The notes: generated by a model not told the origin, from the sequence alone. 64,000 bases of DNA from Eledone cirrhosa (GCA_964016885.1 OZ024742.1:122264001-122328000); one strand, 5' to 3'; shown: positions 12,920 to 29,510, numbered from the stretch's first letter. A program made the numbers and translations.

Positions 12920-14840
12920 TTTAGCGGGTCAGCAAGTGTCGCGTCACTGAGGGAGGTATCAACTGGAGTCTTAAGGTCTGCGGCTGAAACGAATTCTTCT
13001 CCAAATACGGACTTGAATGGTCACTTGAACGAATGTAACCTCAAACAAAGCCCACCAAGTTCAGTAGCACAAAAAAAAAAATCTAATCTTGTGATATGGA
13101 CTCGAGAAGAATATAAAGAAGTGATGTACGCATGCTATCAATTATTGGGCAAACTATCAGAATCAAAACATACAGTAATTTCGTTCAATATATGGAAGGA
13201 AAGAAAACCAGAAGTGAGACAAAACCAGGATGAAAACAAACTTGCAAATGTAAAAAGAGATATTCTTGAAAAAAGAGACTAACAGATGCAGAGTTAGATG
13301 CAGAGTTAGGAAGAATGGGGTGGTGATAAATATGTGACAGGATAGAAAACACAAAACGTATTGACTATGTTATCGCCAGGAGAAATTTTCAAAAAAGAAA
13401 TAGAAAACTAGCAGAAACACAACAGAGAAGGGTCAAGCTAAAAAATTTAAAATATAGTTCAGGATATTTTTAAACTCATAAGCATAAAGATAGGATAGAA
13501 CAAGCAAGACAATAAATTCTCAATGAACCCGGAAAAATAAAAGTAAAAAGCATTAGTATTGGTGAAAGAGAGTCCATGCAAATATTGACAAATAAAGTGA
13601 ACAAATAACACAAGAACTTGAAATCATGTTATTAAATCATTAATTGAAGAGATAGATTCTGATGAGTCAGAATTGAATGAGGTTATAGAAAGGATATGTG
13701 CGCTAAGGTAAATAGAGAAAGGACACAGTGCCCTCAATAAATCAGCCTGGAAGATACACATTAAGAAATAAATTGAAATCGTGAAGGGAACTATGAACTG
13801 AGAAATCTGACGAGTCAAGAAAAGGAATAATGGTTATTAAGAAATACAAATAACATGAAAACCTGATATTCCATCAATCAAAGAAACCCTGAAACAGAAA
13901 GTACAGCTGATTTTACAGAAAGTACAGAAAGTACAGAAAGTACAGAAGATTTTAAAAGTGAAATCGGATTTACAGGCAAAATATGATGCAAAATAATTAA
14001 GGTTTTCCAGGAATTTTGGACACAGACAATTCAGGAAATTGAAGAATTTGGGAAAACAGTATGGAGTACAGAGAAATTGAATAATGTGAAAGCAGAATGG
14101 ATATATTACCTAGAGGAGACATACTATAATTTAGATAACAAACTTGGCAAGAAATAATTATGGAAGAACTTGTGTTAGCATTAAAGAAAGCCAACAAATG
14201 GAAATCTCTTGGCATTGATAAAGTGCCAAACTGCTGGTTAACTTCTCTAACTGATATCCATGATATGTCAGTAAAATGTTGTAATGAACTTTGCGGAAGA
14301 ATTATGAATGCAGTTAGAAAATGATGGCAATTCTGCAACTAGGACTGCAAAGAGCATCACATTATCGGCGAAACTTGAAGATCAACGGAAACTGTACGCT
14401 AAATGGGACCAAATATCACTGCATGGGCTGTACGTTCTCCGTAACAAAAACTCGATGTAGGAAAAAACTCATCCGTCAGTGGCTAAAAATAGAGAGAGAG
14501 GGCTTCATTTTGTCTACACAACACCAGTGTCTTTCAATGCGTAACTTTCAAGCCAATGTGATCAGAAATGTAACTAACCCATTGTGTTTATTTTGTGATG
14601 AGCAAGTTGAGACAGTTAATGACCTGGCTGCAAAGTATTAGTTCCCCAAGAATATAAAACGAGGCATGGTAGAGTAGGTCAATATATACACTGGGTAATA
14701 TGCAGCTTTTATGGCATAAAAAACAATAGGTACAAGGGTTACACATATGTAGTAACAAGCGGCGGGAATGTGACAAACATTTGGGATTTCCCTATGAGAC
14801 CGACAGAACGATTAAGATCGATAGAACTGATATATTTTGT
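12920..14840 (+). mobile_element. Decayed R4/Dong-like non-LTR retrotransposon with internal RT deletion
   Basis: Frameshifted peptides WTREEYKEVMYACYQ, KETLKQKVQ, LKKANKWKSLGIDKVPNCWL (RT start), EGFILSTQHQCLSMRNFQAN..CLFCDEQVETVNDL (zinc knuckle region), EYKTRHGRVGQYIHWVIC and WDFPYETDRTIKIDRTDI (RLE). Confidence 0.8.
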
Positions 14841-14844
14841 TACT

Positions 14845-15000
14845 GCATACAGGAACCGCTATATGCACATGACTGAGTAGGTATGGAACTACTGCATGTA
14901 CAGGGCTACTATATACAAGGGGATACGATATGCACAGGGCTACTGCATATACGGGCTACCATATGCACAGAATTGCTGCATGCACTGGTTACTATATACG
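14845..15000 (+). repeat. Degenerate ~18-bp tandem repeat (approx. GGGCTACTGCATATACAG)
   Basis: Recurrent GGGCTACT/ATATGCACAG units. Confidence 0.6.
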
Positions 15001-15385
15001 AAAGGTGAGATAGTTTTAGGGACTTATACAATATTTCGTTAGTTATAATTTCTATATGTGATTTAAAAAAAATTGAAAATGAATTTAATTAATCAATTTC
15101 AGATTTGTAAACTAATTGTAGTTATGTCTGTTGTCTATGTATTTTTATTTTATAATTTATTGCAGTTCAATGTTTGTTCTGCACCTTATTTATTATGTAT
15201 ATTTGTATGTGTTTGTGTATCTATGTATGCATGCACGTATGTATGAATATATATATACATATATATACACGCACACACACTAACACACACAAACAGACAC
15301 AGACACATACTCAAAAACAAACACACATCCATACACAGACAGACACAAAAACACAGAAACACACATACACACATACACACACGCT

Positions 15386-15433
<48 letters not shown>

Positions 15434-15652
15434 GGATTTTTATACATCTGTCTAATGTAATTTAGCTGTATTTTGTATCTCTTTCATTATTCCAAAAGCT
15501 ATTAATCACTTAAGCGGTTGTCTGAATTTCAGTATGAATCGATTCAAAATCTCATAACAAATGTGTTTTTGTATCAACAGGAAAGCTTTCTGGTAGAAAA
15601 ATTGTCTAAAAAAATATTATTTTATTTTATCATCGTATGAAATAATCTAGAA

Positions 15653-15969
15653 CATGGGGTTCTCAACCTGGTCCATGTGGACCACTAGTGGTCCACAGGA
15701 AAATTCAGGTAGTCCACAGTAAATTTTCAATAGCAAATTCTTTTTTGATCCATGCATTTGACTTAAAACGCTGTTCTTATTCTTCGCATAAGTACGACTT
15801 CAGCTGTTTATTTGCGTAGATTTTTAGGCACTGCAACATGATAATAGCATTTTCTAATTCATTGAAAAAAAACATCTACCGATTTAAAAGATTTAAAAGT
15901 TTAGGTGGTCCACAGGAAAAAATTACTTATTTTGGTGGTCCACAGCGAAAAAAAGGTTGAGAACATCTG
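15653..15969. mobile_element. hAT-Charlie-type MITE
   Basis: TIRs CATGGGGTTCTCAACCT and AGGTTGAGAACATCTG. 8-bp TSD ATCTAGAA at 15645-15652 and 15970-15977 (NTCTAGAN type). Subterminal GTGGTCCAC repeats. Confidence 0.9.
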
Positions 15970-16419
15970 ATCTAGAACATCTAGGCAGGTAGTATATTTT
16001 TTAAGTTGGTATCTTATCTCAGTGGCAACTACTTCGTTTTAATTTTCATCCGCAATATTGTCGGAATTTAAAAAATATGTATTTGAATGCATTTTCTTTG
16101 GAAGATGTGGAAACTGAGGCAGTTGTTATTCCACTTGATTCGCTGTAAAACAAGTGTTCAATTAGGAACTTTGTGACATTTCATTTTCTGAAGTGCTGGC
16201 ATTTTGGGGTGGATGGACAAAGTAAAGTGGTAGGGTATTTAGATAGAGCCCAACATGGCTCACTAAAGTTGGAGGAAATAAAAGTTGGAGTGTGAGGACA
16301 GCATGAGGTGGCTGTGATGGCAAATAATCTTACTTCCATACAGTTGCGTGGCATGTTTAGGATCCGGTTTAAGATATTGTAATTTTGATTAAAATCACCG
16401 TCATAAATGTAAGGGAGAA

Positions 16420-16685
16420 GCCGCAACGCCTGGTGGTAGAGGCGTTGGACTTACGATCACAACTTCGTGGGTTCGATTCCTGGACTGGGTTGTGTTTTTG
16501 TTCCTAAATAAAACGCTTGCTCTAGTATACTCAGCTGAAAATGAGTACCAGCAGTAGCAATGTTTTCAAACCTGCTATGAACTGCCGTCCAGTCGAGTGG
16601 AGAGTTTTGTACTCCCAGTCACCTAATGCCACGGACACCGGGACAAGCACCAACCTAATGAGTCCCCGTGCTCGAGACAGCCATT
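16420..16685 (+). mobile_element. Second tRNA-derived SINE family with conserved central domain; related decayed copies at ~36595-36790 (-) and ~47210-47495 (+)
   Basis: TGGTGGTAGAG A box, GGTTCGATTCC B box, central CTCAGCTGAAAATGAGTACC...CCTGCTATGAACTGCCGTCCAGTC. Confidence 0.65.
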
Positions 16686-17955
16686 AGATCTAAAATGCTG
16701 GAGCAGTATTCTATTGGGTTTCGATGTTTATGGCACCGTGCCAGATATTGGAGCAGCATTGTAGATGTTTCAACATTACAATTTCACATACGAAAACAAT
16801 TAAACATCTAATACAAGTTTAAGCCAGAAGCAATTAAGATTTAATAATGACTTTTAATTACTTCATATCATAGGTAGATTGGTACTCTTTTTGTCATAAG
16901 AACTGCCGTACTTTTTATATTCTTGTCTCTTTCCTTCCTATATCTTTTCTTATATAATTCAAATTTAGTAGTTCAGAGAATGTTTAAATATTATATGATA
17001 ATAAATTCGATAATAAGGAAAATTTGTCCCCTTTGAATAGCTAATATCTCCGCTTCGGGGAAAGTCAGCTCGATGGATTTCCAATATGGTCTAATAAATA
17101 TGTAAAGTACGGCCATTATTTATGAAGTCCTTCATCATAACCACAAGTAAGACAAAATTAGAGGGATGCTTCAACCATGTGTTGTTCAATTTAGTGAAGG
17201 ACTTGGCCAATCAGCAGCGAATCTTGTCTCACGGCCATACAATATCTATTATCTGTCAAAAGTGAGCTGAGTAGAGAGGTTTCGGTTCATGGAATAGTCA
17301 GATGCATTGAATGCCTTGAGTAACAGACGGCTTTAAGAAACTCAAGTAGTTTAAACATTCAATTGAAATTACTTATCACATTTACTTTCGCTCTACTATC
17401 CGTTTATTTCTACCGTTCTTGTTTTCTCTTTAGCACTTTTTCTCTAATTTCTTTAAAGATAGTATCCTCTCCACTCCATAATGATTTCCAACAATACGAA
17501 CAAACAACTAAATCTAATAATAATAATTTACATCAACTTTGAAAAATTATTTTCTTTGGAGTGTTTTCTTAATAGAATAATAATTTTATACCTTCACTTT
17601 CACTCTTTAAATCTCTCTATTGATTTCTCTTCCACATTCCCAAGTAGCAACGTAACGTATGGGGTTGAACAGAATTTCGGCAACGACATTTATAAGTATG
17701 TAGAGCAATACATAAATGTTCGCATAGTTATAAAGATGATACATATAGCGATACACTAACACGAATATATTCACAGAACAATTCACACCACCATACAGAC
17801 ACATTTACACAAATATGCACGCACTAACCCTCACACATATATGTATATATACGTGTGTGTATGTATTCGTAAAGATGAATTTAGCGCAAATAAAAAAATA
17901 AATAACTTGCACAACAATGTTTCAGCTTCTACTGCTCGAGATTGCACAATTTGCA

Positions 17956-18689
17956 ATATATGCGTTTTTGGCATATATATATCTATGGCTCTGTCTAGTT
18001 TATGTATATGTAAATCTATATATTTTATAAACTCCCGTATGTTCGAGTAACAATTTAGGCAGTGTTCTGCTGCGCTTTCTAGCAACCAGCCTACTAACCG
18101 TCAGGCACCAATCACAAGCTTTCTGACTTGACCACTAGCCATGTGACAATTCTTAGCCATTTCTGGCGAGGATCATTTCAGAAAAATCTTTGTCCAATTG
18201 AGTTTGTTTCCTGATGATTTCGAAACTCGTGAATTTATCCATGATCGGATATTTCCAAAAAGCGAATGAAACCTCATGGGGTAGAAACATAATTTTGGTA
18301 TGTTTATGTACATTTTTTATTCTAACTTTGATTTTGTACCTAATTGTGTATGGTTGGCTATATGTCTAATCAGTTTCTACGGGCTATTAGAAATGTGGCT
18401 GTTGATCGCGGATAAAATAGCTATAATTTATTTATCTATTGTTTCTTCATAGGTACATTTTAAACTTATAGCTTCGTTTAATTGATTTTTGTGTGGTTAA
18501 TTATGCTGATTGGGAGAAGAAATACTGTATATATTTTATCAAATGATTCTATGGACTTACTTTCTTATATATTGTTCTGATTGTTTATTATTAAATTAAT
18601 TAATTCGTCATTGAGCCACACCGTGAATGGTTGCCAAAAACGCATATATATATCTATGGCTCTGTCTAGTTTATGTATATGTAAATCTA

Positions 18690-18700
<11 letters not shown>
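17956..18700 (+). mobile_element. Non-coding partial-tandem PLE-type unit (59-bp direct repeats, 5' micro-inversion, internal HHR)
   Basis: 17971-18029 is identical to 18642-18700. 17957-17973 is the reverse complement of 18632-18648. HHR at 18205-18289. The unit ends in (TA)n. Confidence 0.75.
18205..18289 (+). ncRNA. Type I hammerhead ribozyme, canonical core, extended stem II
   Basis: UGUUUC-CUGAUGA-UUUCG...CGAAU-GAAA-CCUCAUGGGG-UA-GAAACA, with GUA cleavage triplet. Confidence 0.85.
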
Positions 18701-18734
<34 letters not shown>

Positions 18735-18737
<3 letters not shown>

Positions 18738-20641
18738 TCAGGTTATCAATAATGTAGTGATAATATATCGTTACGTTAGAGATGAACAGCGTACGTGTAG
18801 GTTTGCTCAACGAGTAGGATTAAATATTACATTTGAATATAACCTCAAAGAGGTCAATTTCCTTGATGTTACTTTGAATCTCAATACTGATACGATTAAA
18901 CCGTTCCATAAACTAAATGAGAACCTTAAATATGTAAATATGAGTTCTAACCATCCACTCTCTATAATTAAATCCATCCCTAGAAATGTTTCTCTTAGAA
19001 TCTCCCGCCTGTCGTCCAACCAACAAACCTTCAAAGAACATGCCGAATATTATGATGATGCACTTAGGAAATCCGGACACCTAGATAATATAGAGTATAT
19101 AGTCGAAGATCACCAAAACACCCAAAATAAATCCCATAGGAGTAGAAATAGCACAGAATCACAACCATACATACACTACCGCAATAGACACAATAATAGT
19201 CGCACACCACCAAACAGAAGGCGATGTAAAGAGTATATTTGGTACAACCCGGTCTATAACAACTCTATTAAAACCAATCTACCCTCACAATTCTTTCGAT
19301 TAGTTAAAAAACACTTTCCTACATCACATAAATATAATACAATCTTAAACCCTAACACTATTCGACTTTCATATTCAACCGCCCCTAATATTGAACAACA
19401 TATAAAAAAGCTTAACGCAAAACGGTTGTATAAACGCCTTCCAACACATAACAATACACGTAAAACATTAGCTATAACATCACAAAACAACAAACAACAT
19501 CCTGTCCTACCTAAGCAACCTCATCAACCCATCCATGACAATACAACAACGCAAAATTATAATTGTAACTGTGTCCAACCAGGAATGTGTCCGTTGAACA
19601 ATCAGTGTCTTGAACGCAACATCGTATACAAATGTACTATCGAATCGGATAGACAGAAGTGGTATTATGTGGGATCTACAGCCACCTCCTTCAAATCACG
19701 CCTTTATAGACATCGTTACTCGATAAAACATGAAAACCAGCGTTATGTAACAACACTCGCAGACAAGGCTTGGCAGCTGCGTGAAAATAACCAACAATTT
19801 CACCTAAAATGGGATATAATAGCGTCTGCCCCCCCCCCCCATAATCCCACGGACAGGAATTTTGTAAATTATGTAATATGGAATTATTTTGTATTATGAA
19901 ATCCAAAAACATTTTATTAAATAACAGAATAGAGCGATCATTATACTGTAACCATCGCTTAAAATCTACATTTTCATATTATAAATACTACCAGGAATGA
20001 ACGCCTGTCTCTATCTCCGTTTGATTGTCAAAATAGATATTAACATTCTCTATTAGTCTTAATTCTATTAACTCTTCTATTATTTACCATTTAATATAAA
20101 CTGCTATAGATAAAATGAGATTTCTGATTTCTTAATTCAATTCCCTAATGCATATACCAGCTGGCTACTAGCATTGATGTTATTTAGTAGCAACCGAAAT
20201 CTCCTCCATCCCCAATTGACACTTTATAATTAATACTACTACACCAAATGACCAGCCCTGTCCACTGTCCAATTGGTCAAGTATAGATTAAAATTGGCAC
20301 TCCCAAAAATTCTTATTTTGATAAAATAAACCATTTACTCATGGTATTCTCATTAGAAACCCTTTATATACTTGTTTAGCAGTAAATTGAATTACCATCT
20401 GTCATACTATCCCCTCTCTTCTTCCTCTATTACTAATATAAATACTTCAAACTTTCTGATTGTATCCAATTTATCCAAAATCTCTGAAGAAGTGACAATT
20501 GATTATACATTTGCTATCGAATACTTGCTAACATTATATGATTACGCAAGCAGCGATACATAGGTATTCCGTCTGTTACAGAAACATATGTCAATACCTA
20601 ATAAATTCCTTTTTTAAAAAAAGCACTTTCATTTTATATTC

Positions 20642-20648
<7 letters not shown>
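18735..20648 (+). mobile_element. 5'-truncated Naiad-type PLE copy 1 (RT C-terminus/thumb, GIY-YIG-like EN, 3' pLTR)
   Basis: ORF 18757-19899 has VNFLDVTLNL, SSNHP, IWYNP, CNCVQPGMCPLNNQCLERNIVYKC and YVGST. After a frameshift it continues FCKLCNME..LLNNRIE..CNHR to a stop at 20000. HHR motif at 20484-20592, AATAAA at ~20600, (TA)n on both sides. Confidence 0.92.
20478..20597 (+). ncRNA. Hammerhead motif with ~90-nt stem II domain and weak stem I
   Basis: CUGAAGA-A-GUGACA...UGUUAC-A-GAAA-CAUAUG-UC. Confidence 0.65.
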
Positions 20649-20721
<73 letters not shown>

Positions 20722-21363
20722 CGGTGCTCCGCCGTCGGGGTCCTGACTCTTTTCATATATATGTATATATACGAGATGAGAGTAGAAGATAATGGAAAAA
20801 TATACCATGCATACAAACTCAGGCTCAACCTTGGATTCTAGTGGTGAAGAGAAGTTTCAGTCTGCGACCGAAGCAAATACACTTCGTACAATTATTACAA
20901 CCAAGACTAATACAACGTTTTCGAAAATCTTCGGTATTTTGTATAAGTTATCACATATGTATAATCATGGTGATTAAAAATGTATGCAGTACAGCTTGGG
21001 ATTATATCAGTGAAGATGTTAGCAATAGCATATCTTCCTGTCATATGTTTATCTGATGGAAAATGAATAATGCTATTAATTCGCGTGGAAAGGATCCTTA
21101 TCAGTCAAATGTATCACCCAAGCTTCATATCTTGACAATGATACATATAAACAATTTCGACTCGAACATAACTTGTCTTGTGTTTGACTGGATATTTTAC
21201 TGTTTCATCCAAAATTCATAGTACTTACGTATGACAATGAGATTCCTTCCATTGAATAACGTAAGCATGCAAATGGTGTATACACTAATTGTGAGATACA
21301 TATGTCGAACATAATACCTCATCCAACCTATTTCAGCTACATGTAAACTGAAGAACAAAATAA

Positions 21364-21454
21364 ATGTTTCTACTTTTGGCACAAGGCCAGCAATTATCCC
21401 AGTGTATTATTGGTACTTTATATTATCGACCCCGTAAGGATGAAAGGTAAAGTT
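21364..21454 (-). mobile_element. 5'-truncated SINE with 18-bp TSD
   Basis: 3' half of the SINE family at 2076. TSD AACTGAAGAACAAAATAA at 21346-21363 and 21455-21472. Confidence 0.9.
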
Positions 21455-21795
21455 AACTGAAGAACAAAATAATAATAAAAAGAAACTTATGCCTTCTTTC
21501 TAACATTCATTCTTGTCATCATTCTGTTTAAGAAACATGTGTAGGATTTACTCTCCCGTTGCTTGCACAACATACCGATATGTTGTGTGTCTCTTCACCA
21601 ACCTTGCTATATATATATATATATATATATTAATTAAAGGTTAATTAGCATCTAATACTTAAATATTTCAATGAGAACAATCTCTCAGAGATGCAATATT
21701 ATATATTAAAATTAAGTGGGAAAAAGAAACTAATTATGGGAGTTCAAACACAATACACAAAAAAATATTCTAGCTAAACTCCTTTATATAGAGAT

Positions 21796-21862
21796 CTCCC
21801 TACCATGGTTTCATATGGGAAACCACAAATAATAGCAGTATCCGCCATACTCTTCAGGGGAG
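21796..21862 (-). ncRNA. Type I hammerhead ribozyme, canonical core
   Basis: CUCCC-CUGAAGA-GUAUGG...CCAUAU-GAAA-CCAUGG-UA-GGGAG, inside a non-coding cassette between (TA)n runs (~21631-22097). Confidence 0.9.
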
Positions 21863-22094
21863 TTTAAGTTTTCAAGAGCTAAGATATAATAGGTATTGTT
21901 CCATTCAGCGAAGCAGCGTTCTACAATAAAACACGCATAGTGCTTTGTTATCAAAATACACTGGCATATTAGGACTACTCGACAGGCTTATATTGGTCGC
22001 AAGAAATAGCAGCCAAATGACCGTCTGGTACTGCTCGACATATTAAGGAGCAGTTTAATATTAATTAAAGGTTAATTAGTCTCTAATATCATCT

Positions 22095-22140
<46 letters not shown>

Positions 22141-22147
<7 letters not shown>

Positions 22148-22515
22148 TAAACGGAATAGAAAATGCTGACAATTGTTCACAGTGAAAAATAGTTTAATTA
22201 GGAATAAGTGAGAATTAGTAATAGTATTGGTTAGTATTCAGTTTTGGTTTTTAGTTTTACCGGTTGCGCATTTCTAATGCTTTTCAAAAATAATTTTGAG
22301 ATAGAGCGTCCGTGATATTTGCTCTGATCCGAGCAAACACTACGGACGCTCTATCTCAAAATTATTTTTGAAAAGCATTAGAAATGCGCAACCGGTAAAA
22401 CTAAAAACCCAAACTGAATACTAACCAATACTATTACTAATTCTCACTTATTCCTAATTAAGCTATTTTTCACTGTGAACAATTTGTCAGCATTTTCTAT
22501 TCCGTTTACCAATAT
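22141..22515. mobile_element. Fold-back cassette (arms 22141-22313 and 22342-22515), each arm carrying a U3-A8 hammerhead motif with GAAA changed to GCAA
   Basis: Near-perfect ~173-bp inverted repeat. UUU-UUGAAAA-GCAU-UAGAA-AUGC-GCAA-CCGG-UA-AAA at 22365-22400. Lies between (TA)n runs. Confidence 0.85.
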
Positions 22516-22547
22516 ATTATAACTTGTGTGTTACACCTCTATTCTTT

Positions 22548-22647
<100 letters not shown>

Positions 22648-23021
22648 TGTTTGTGTGTGTGTGTATTTTCCAGTCTCCTTCTCAACAGGGAAGATGAAAA
22701 AACTTACCTCAAAACTTAAATTGAAATTTTTAATTTTTAGTTTTTAATCCTTATTAATGCTTTTTAATTGTAATACACAATATTTGATAAGATGAATTTT
22801 ACTAATATATCGGAACCGGTAAGACTTTGTATATTTTATGTACATTATAAAACTCTTCTTTTAAAAGAATTGTCCCTCTCATTTTTTCAATAATGCCACT
22901 TTGACAAATCACGGAAAAGAGAAAGAAGAAAAACAGCCTCTTAAATATATTTTCAGTGCTATTTCCATTTTCCACTTCTCTCTATAACCACCGTTTTGTA
23001 TAGAACCTTACTTCCTTTTTC

Positions 23022-23073
<52 letters not shown>

Positions 23074-23078
<5 letters not shown>

Positions 23079-23220
23079 TAGCGAGAATCGTATTTCGGCT
23101 ATTGGAAATTAGCGAAAAACAACTTCCGAGATGTGTGGCAAGCGCTCAATAAATTCTAACGCACCAGAGCTACAACATACGTTAAAAGGCCAAACACACT
23201 GAGACGATGGTTAAACCATT
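23074..23220 (+). repeat. Short (TA)n-associated dispersed repeat; second copy at ~52008-52146 (-)
   Basis: AAATTAGCGAGAATCGTATTTCGGCT...GGCCAAACACACTGAGACGATGGTTAAAC is present in reverse complement at ~52008-52146. Confidence 0.85.
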
Positions 23221-23244
23221 ATCCCCACAGCCATAGAAACGACC

Positions 23245-23279
<35 letters not shown>

Positions 23280-23509
23280 GATGAGAGTTGGTATCTGTGA
23301 AACACATACAGTTGAAATTTCAGAGGATACATATATATTGAATTAGCCAGTTTCGTATTTTCATAATTTTCAAAATTTATGTGAAAGGGGGAGACGTGAA
23401 GCCATCCCGGAGATGAGACAATCGCTGTATATCTCTACCTTCCTCCGTGATACACAGCATTTGCAAATCCCGAAACTTTGAAACCGGTTACCTTAATGCA
23501 AATAATACA

Positions 23510-26480
<2,971 letters not shown>

Positions 26481-26484
26481 TATT

Positions 26485-27739
26485 TATATCCTCCGACTCA
26501 GCTCAAGTAACTGACCTTGTGGGCTTATTTTTAATCAATTCGCTACATAGGAAAATACCTGGTACTACCGGAGGTTTATATAGGGATGACATGCTTTTAC
26601 TTATTAATAATAATAACCCTGAACTAAATAGAAAATGTAAACAAATTACAAAATTTTTTAATTACTTTAACCTTAAAATAGAAATTGAGAACAACCATAG
26701 AATAGTCAATTTCCTAGATATAACATTAAATCTCAACACATGTCTCCACTATCCTTTTCACAAGTTGAATGAAAACTTAAACTATGTCAACTTTAACTCT
26801 AACCACCCCAGATCTGTCAAAAACACTATAGTAAACTCAGTCCAAAAACGTATCTCTAGGATCTCGTCGAATAGAAAGATTTCTGACGAAAAGGCCCAAT
26901 ACTATAATGATGCACTAGCTAGGGCAGGGTATGCTGATAAGATTGTGTACATAGATAATGATAAACAAACTAAACAAAGTAACAACTTTTTTATTTACGG
27001 CAACAACATTAACAACTATAATAGAAAGCATTACAATAATTCCAAAGGACAAAAAAGAAATAGAACTAGGAACATAATTTGGTTTGCCCCCCCTTTCTCA
27101 CTAAACATTAAAACCCACATCGCTAAATTATTTTTCAAAGCTCTTGATAATCGCTTCCCTAGAACACATAGGTACCACTCAATCTTCAATAGGCATACAA
27201 TTAAATTAACCTACTCATCCACCAAAAATTTAGCACAAAATATTAATAGAATAAATAATAGGAACTTAAAACCTACTGATAATAGCATAAATAATATACA
27301 AGTTAACAAATGTAACTGTAGAGATAGATCTAAATGTCCGTTAAATAACAACTGCTTAGTTAAAAATATAGTATACAATTGTAATGTTAATACTGACTCT
27401 AATTCTTTTAACTACGTCGGTTCCACATCGACGGAATTTAAACTTCGCTATAATAACCACAAGAATTCTTTCACAGATCCAAATAAAAAATCTTCAACGG
27501 CACTATCAGGTGTACTCTGGCAACTTAAGCTAGATAACGTTAGATATTCGACGGCTTGGAATATAGTCTCAAGAGGGATTCCTTTTAATTCATCCTCTGA
27601 GACATGTGACCTCTGCGCAGAGGAGATATTCTTTATACTAAAATCTAAAAATTCCCTTAACCTACGGACAAATTTATTCAGTTGTTGCAAACATAGATTA
27701 AACTCAACGTTTAAATATAAATTTAAATTTAAAATGTAG
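26485..27739 (+). CDS. Uninterrupted but 5'-truncated Naiad-type PLE ORF (copy 3): RT motifs, thumb and GIY-YIG-like endonuclease
   Basis: SDSAQVTDLVGLFL, GGLYRDD, VNFLDITLNL, NSNHP, RNIIWFAPPFS, CNCRDRSKCPLNNNCLVKNIVYNC, YVGST, CDLCAEE, CCKHR. The MCLCVSIC start in the track is microsatellite. Confidence 0.93.
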
Positions 27740-28902
27740 TATATTTAGTTTGATTTATATTTATATGAGAACTAGCCGATAAATCTTTTGATTCCTAAAT
27801 CTTTGATTCCCTCTTTTTACTCTTTTTATTGTTTATTTTATTTTATTTATTTTATTTTTATTTTTATTTTTATTTTTATTTTTATCTAAACATTCCTCAT
27901 GAAAAATTAAGCTACCCTAAAAGCCGATGCTCCAAATTTTCTGAATTAACCTTACACTTGATAAACTTATATATTAAATATAGGAACATATCTAGACATT
28001 ATTGGACATCATAATCTTTTTTTGCGATATTCCTTGCTAGATGTGATTTGATAGATAATTTTTGGCTTTGTCTTGTAGTGAACTTGGCAATATATTGTCA
28101 ATTAACCTTGAAGGGTTGTTCTTTGTGGTTTATTTTTATTTTCATTTTTATTTTTATTTTTATTTTTATTTTTATTTTTATTTTTATTTTTATTTTTATT
28201 TTTTATTTTTATTCTTTTAGTATTGTAGTATTCTATAATATTTTTATATTTTTATTTTTTATTTTTTATTTTATTTTATTTTTATTTTTAATATTTTTAT
28301 ATGTAAATTTTTATTTTTAATATTTTTATATGTAAAGTTTTAATACGTAATATTTTTAATACGTAGTATTTTTAATATGCAATATTTTTATTATGTAATA
28401 TTCTTTCGTAATATTCTTTTTTAGTTTTCTATTCTATATTTTTATATATTTTTATATATTTTTACTTATTATCATTATTATTGTTATCTCTGCTTATAAT
28501 ATAATATATATTTTCGATTAGTATATTGAAATCTGCTCTCTATTTCTGCTTGATAGATAATCTTGTAGAGTAATCGCAAGAATAATAATACGCTCAAATT
28601 TTTATACCACATTGAGAATGTTTTCCGGTAATTTTGAATTTGCGGAGTGAATCAGTTGGATTCACATAGACATATGAATTTTTTTAAAAAACTAAACATA
28701 AGATAATGAATTTTCACGCATTGTGAATACTTGTTTCATTCAGGAATACTGATATTTACAATATAGTGTAAGTTTTATAAATACTAATACATTAAAACAT
28801 AGGGTTTTCTACGCCTCGAATATGTCTGGCTATTTTTAAATTTTTCTCTCTCTATATCTCTCTATATCTCTCTATATATCTCCCTTACATTAATACTTGA
28901 GC

Positions 28903-28945
<43 letters not shown>

Positions 28946-29504
28946 ATGCATCATTGATACACTTACTCAAAATGACCTCCCACTACCTAATTTTTCTATA
29001 TCTATATTTATATATGTATCTATCTCTATTTCCTCTCTCTCTCTATATATATATATATCTCTTTCGGTCTCTTTACATGAAGCTCTTCGCTTTATCTATT
29101 TTTCCATCTCTCTATTTTGTCCCATGCATTTCTTCTTTTTCTTCTTTTTCTTCCTTTTCTTCGTTTTGTCTTTCTTTCTTTCTTATTTCCCTCTTTTCTC
29201 TCTCTCTTTCTTTCTCTCTGTATTTTCACTGCTAGAGTGAACCTCTTCAAATGAAGTTGATGTTTATTACGGTATGTCGAATATATTTATCTATAAAACT
29301 GTTTATATTGTATTTTGTCTGATGAAGGCATAGCATATTGTTAATATGATATCCCCGAAATATATATAATGAAATAAATATGGTTTTATAAATATAGTTT
29401 TCCATTTATTTAATATTGTAAATATACTCCAAGTATTTGTCGAGTGCTTTTATATCAGTTATAAATATTTACTAGTTGTAACCCAACAATTTTAAATATA
29501 ACTT

Positions 29505-29510
<6 letters not shown>
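27740..29510 (+). mobile_element. Long AT-rich 3' UTR/pLTR of Naiad copy 3
   Basis: Follows the stop codon, contains (TTTTTA)n and (TAAA)n and the family B HHR at 29311-29376, and ends at (TA)n. The tail matches 1008-1113, 1675-1900 and 53695-53910. Confidence 0.8.
29311..29376 (+). ncRNA. Type I hammerhead ribozyme (family B)
   Basis: UAUUUUGU-CUGAUGA-AGGCAUAGCAUAUU-GUU-AAUAUGAUAUCCCC-GAAA-UAUAUA-UA-AUGAAAUA. Confidence 0.8.

Noticed and set aside
22141-22515. Long inverted repeats interpreted as MITEs or miRNA hairpins
   Set aside because: There is no TIR/TSD signature, the arms carry HHR motifs, and the boundaries are (TA)n. PLE fold-back explains them better.
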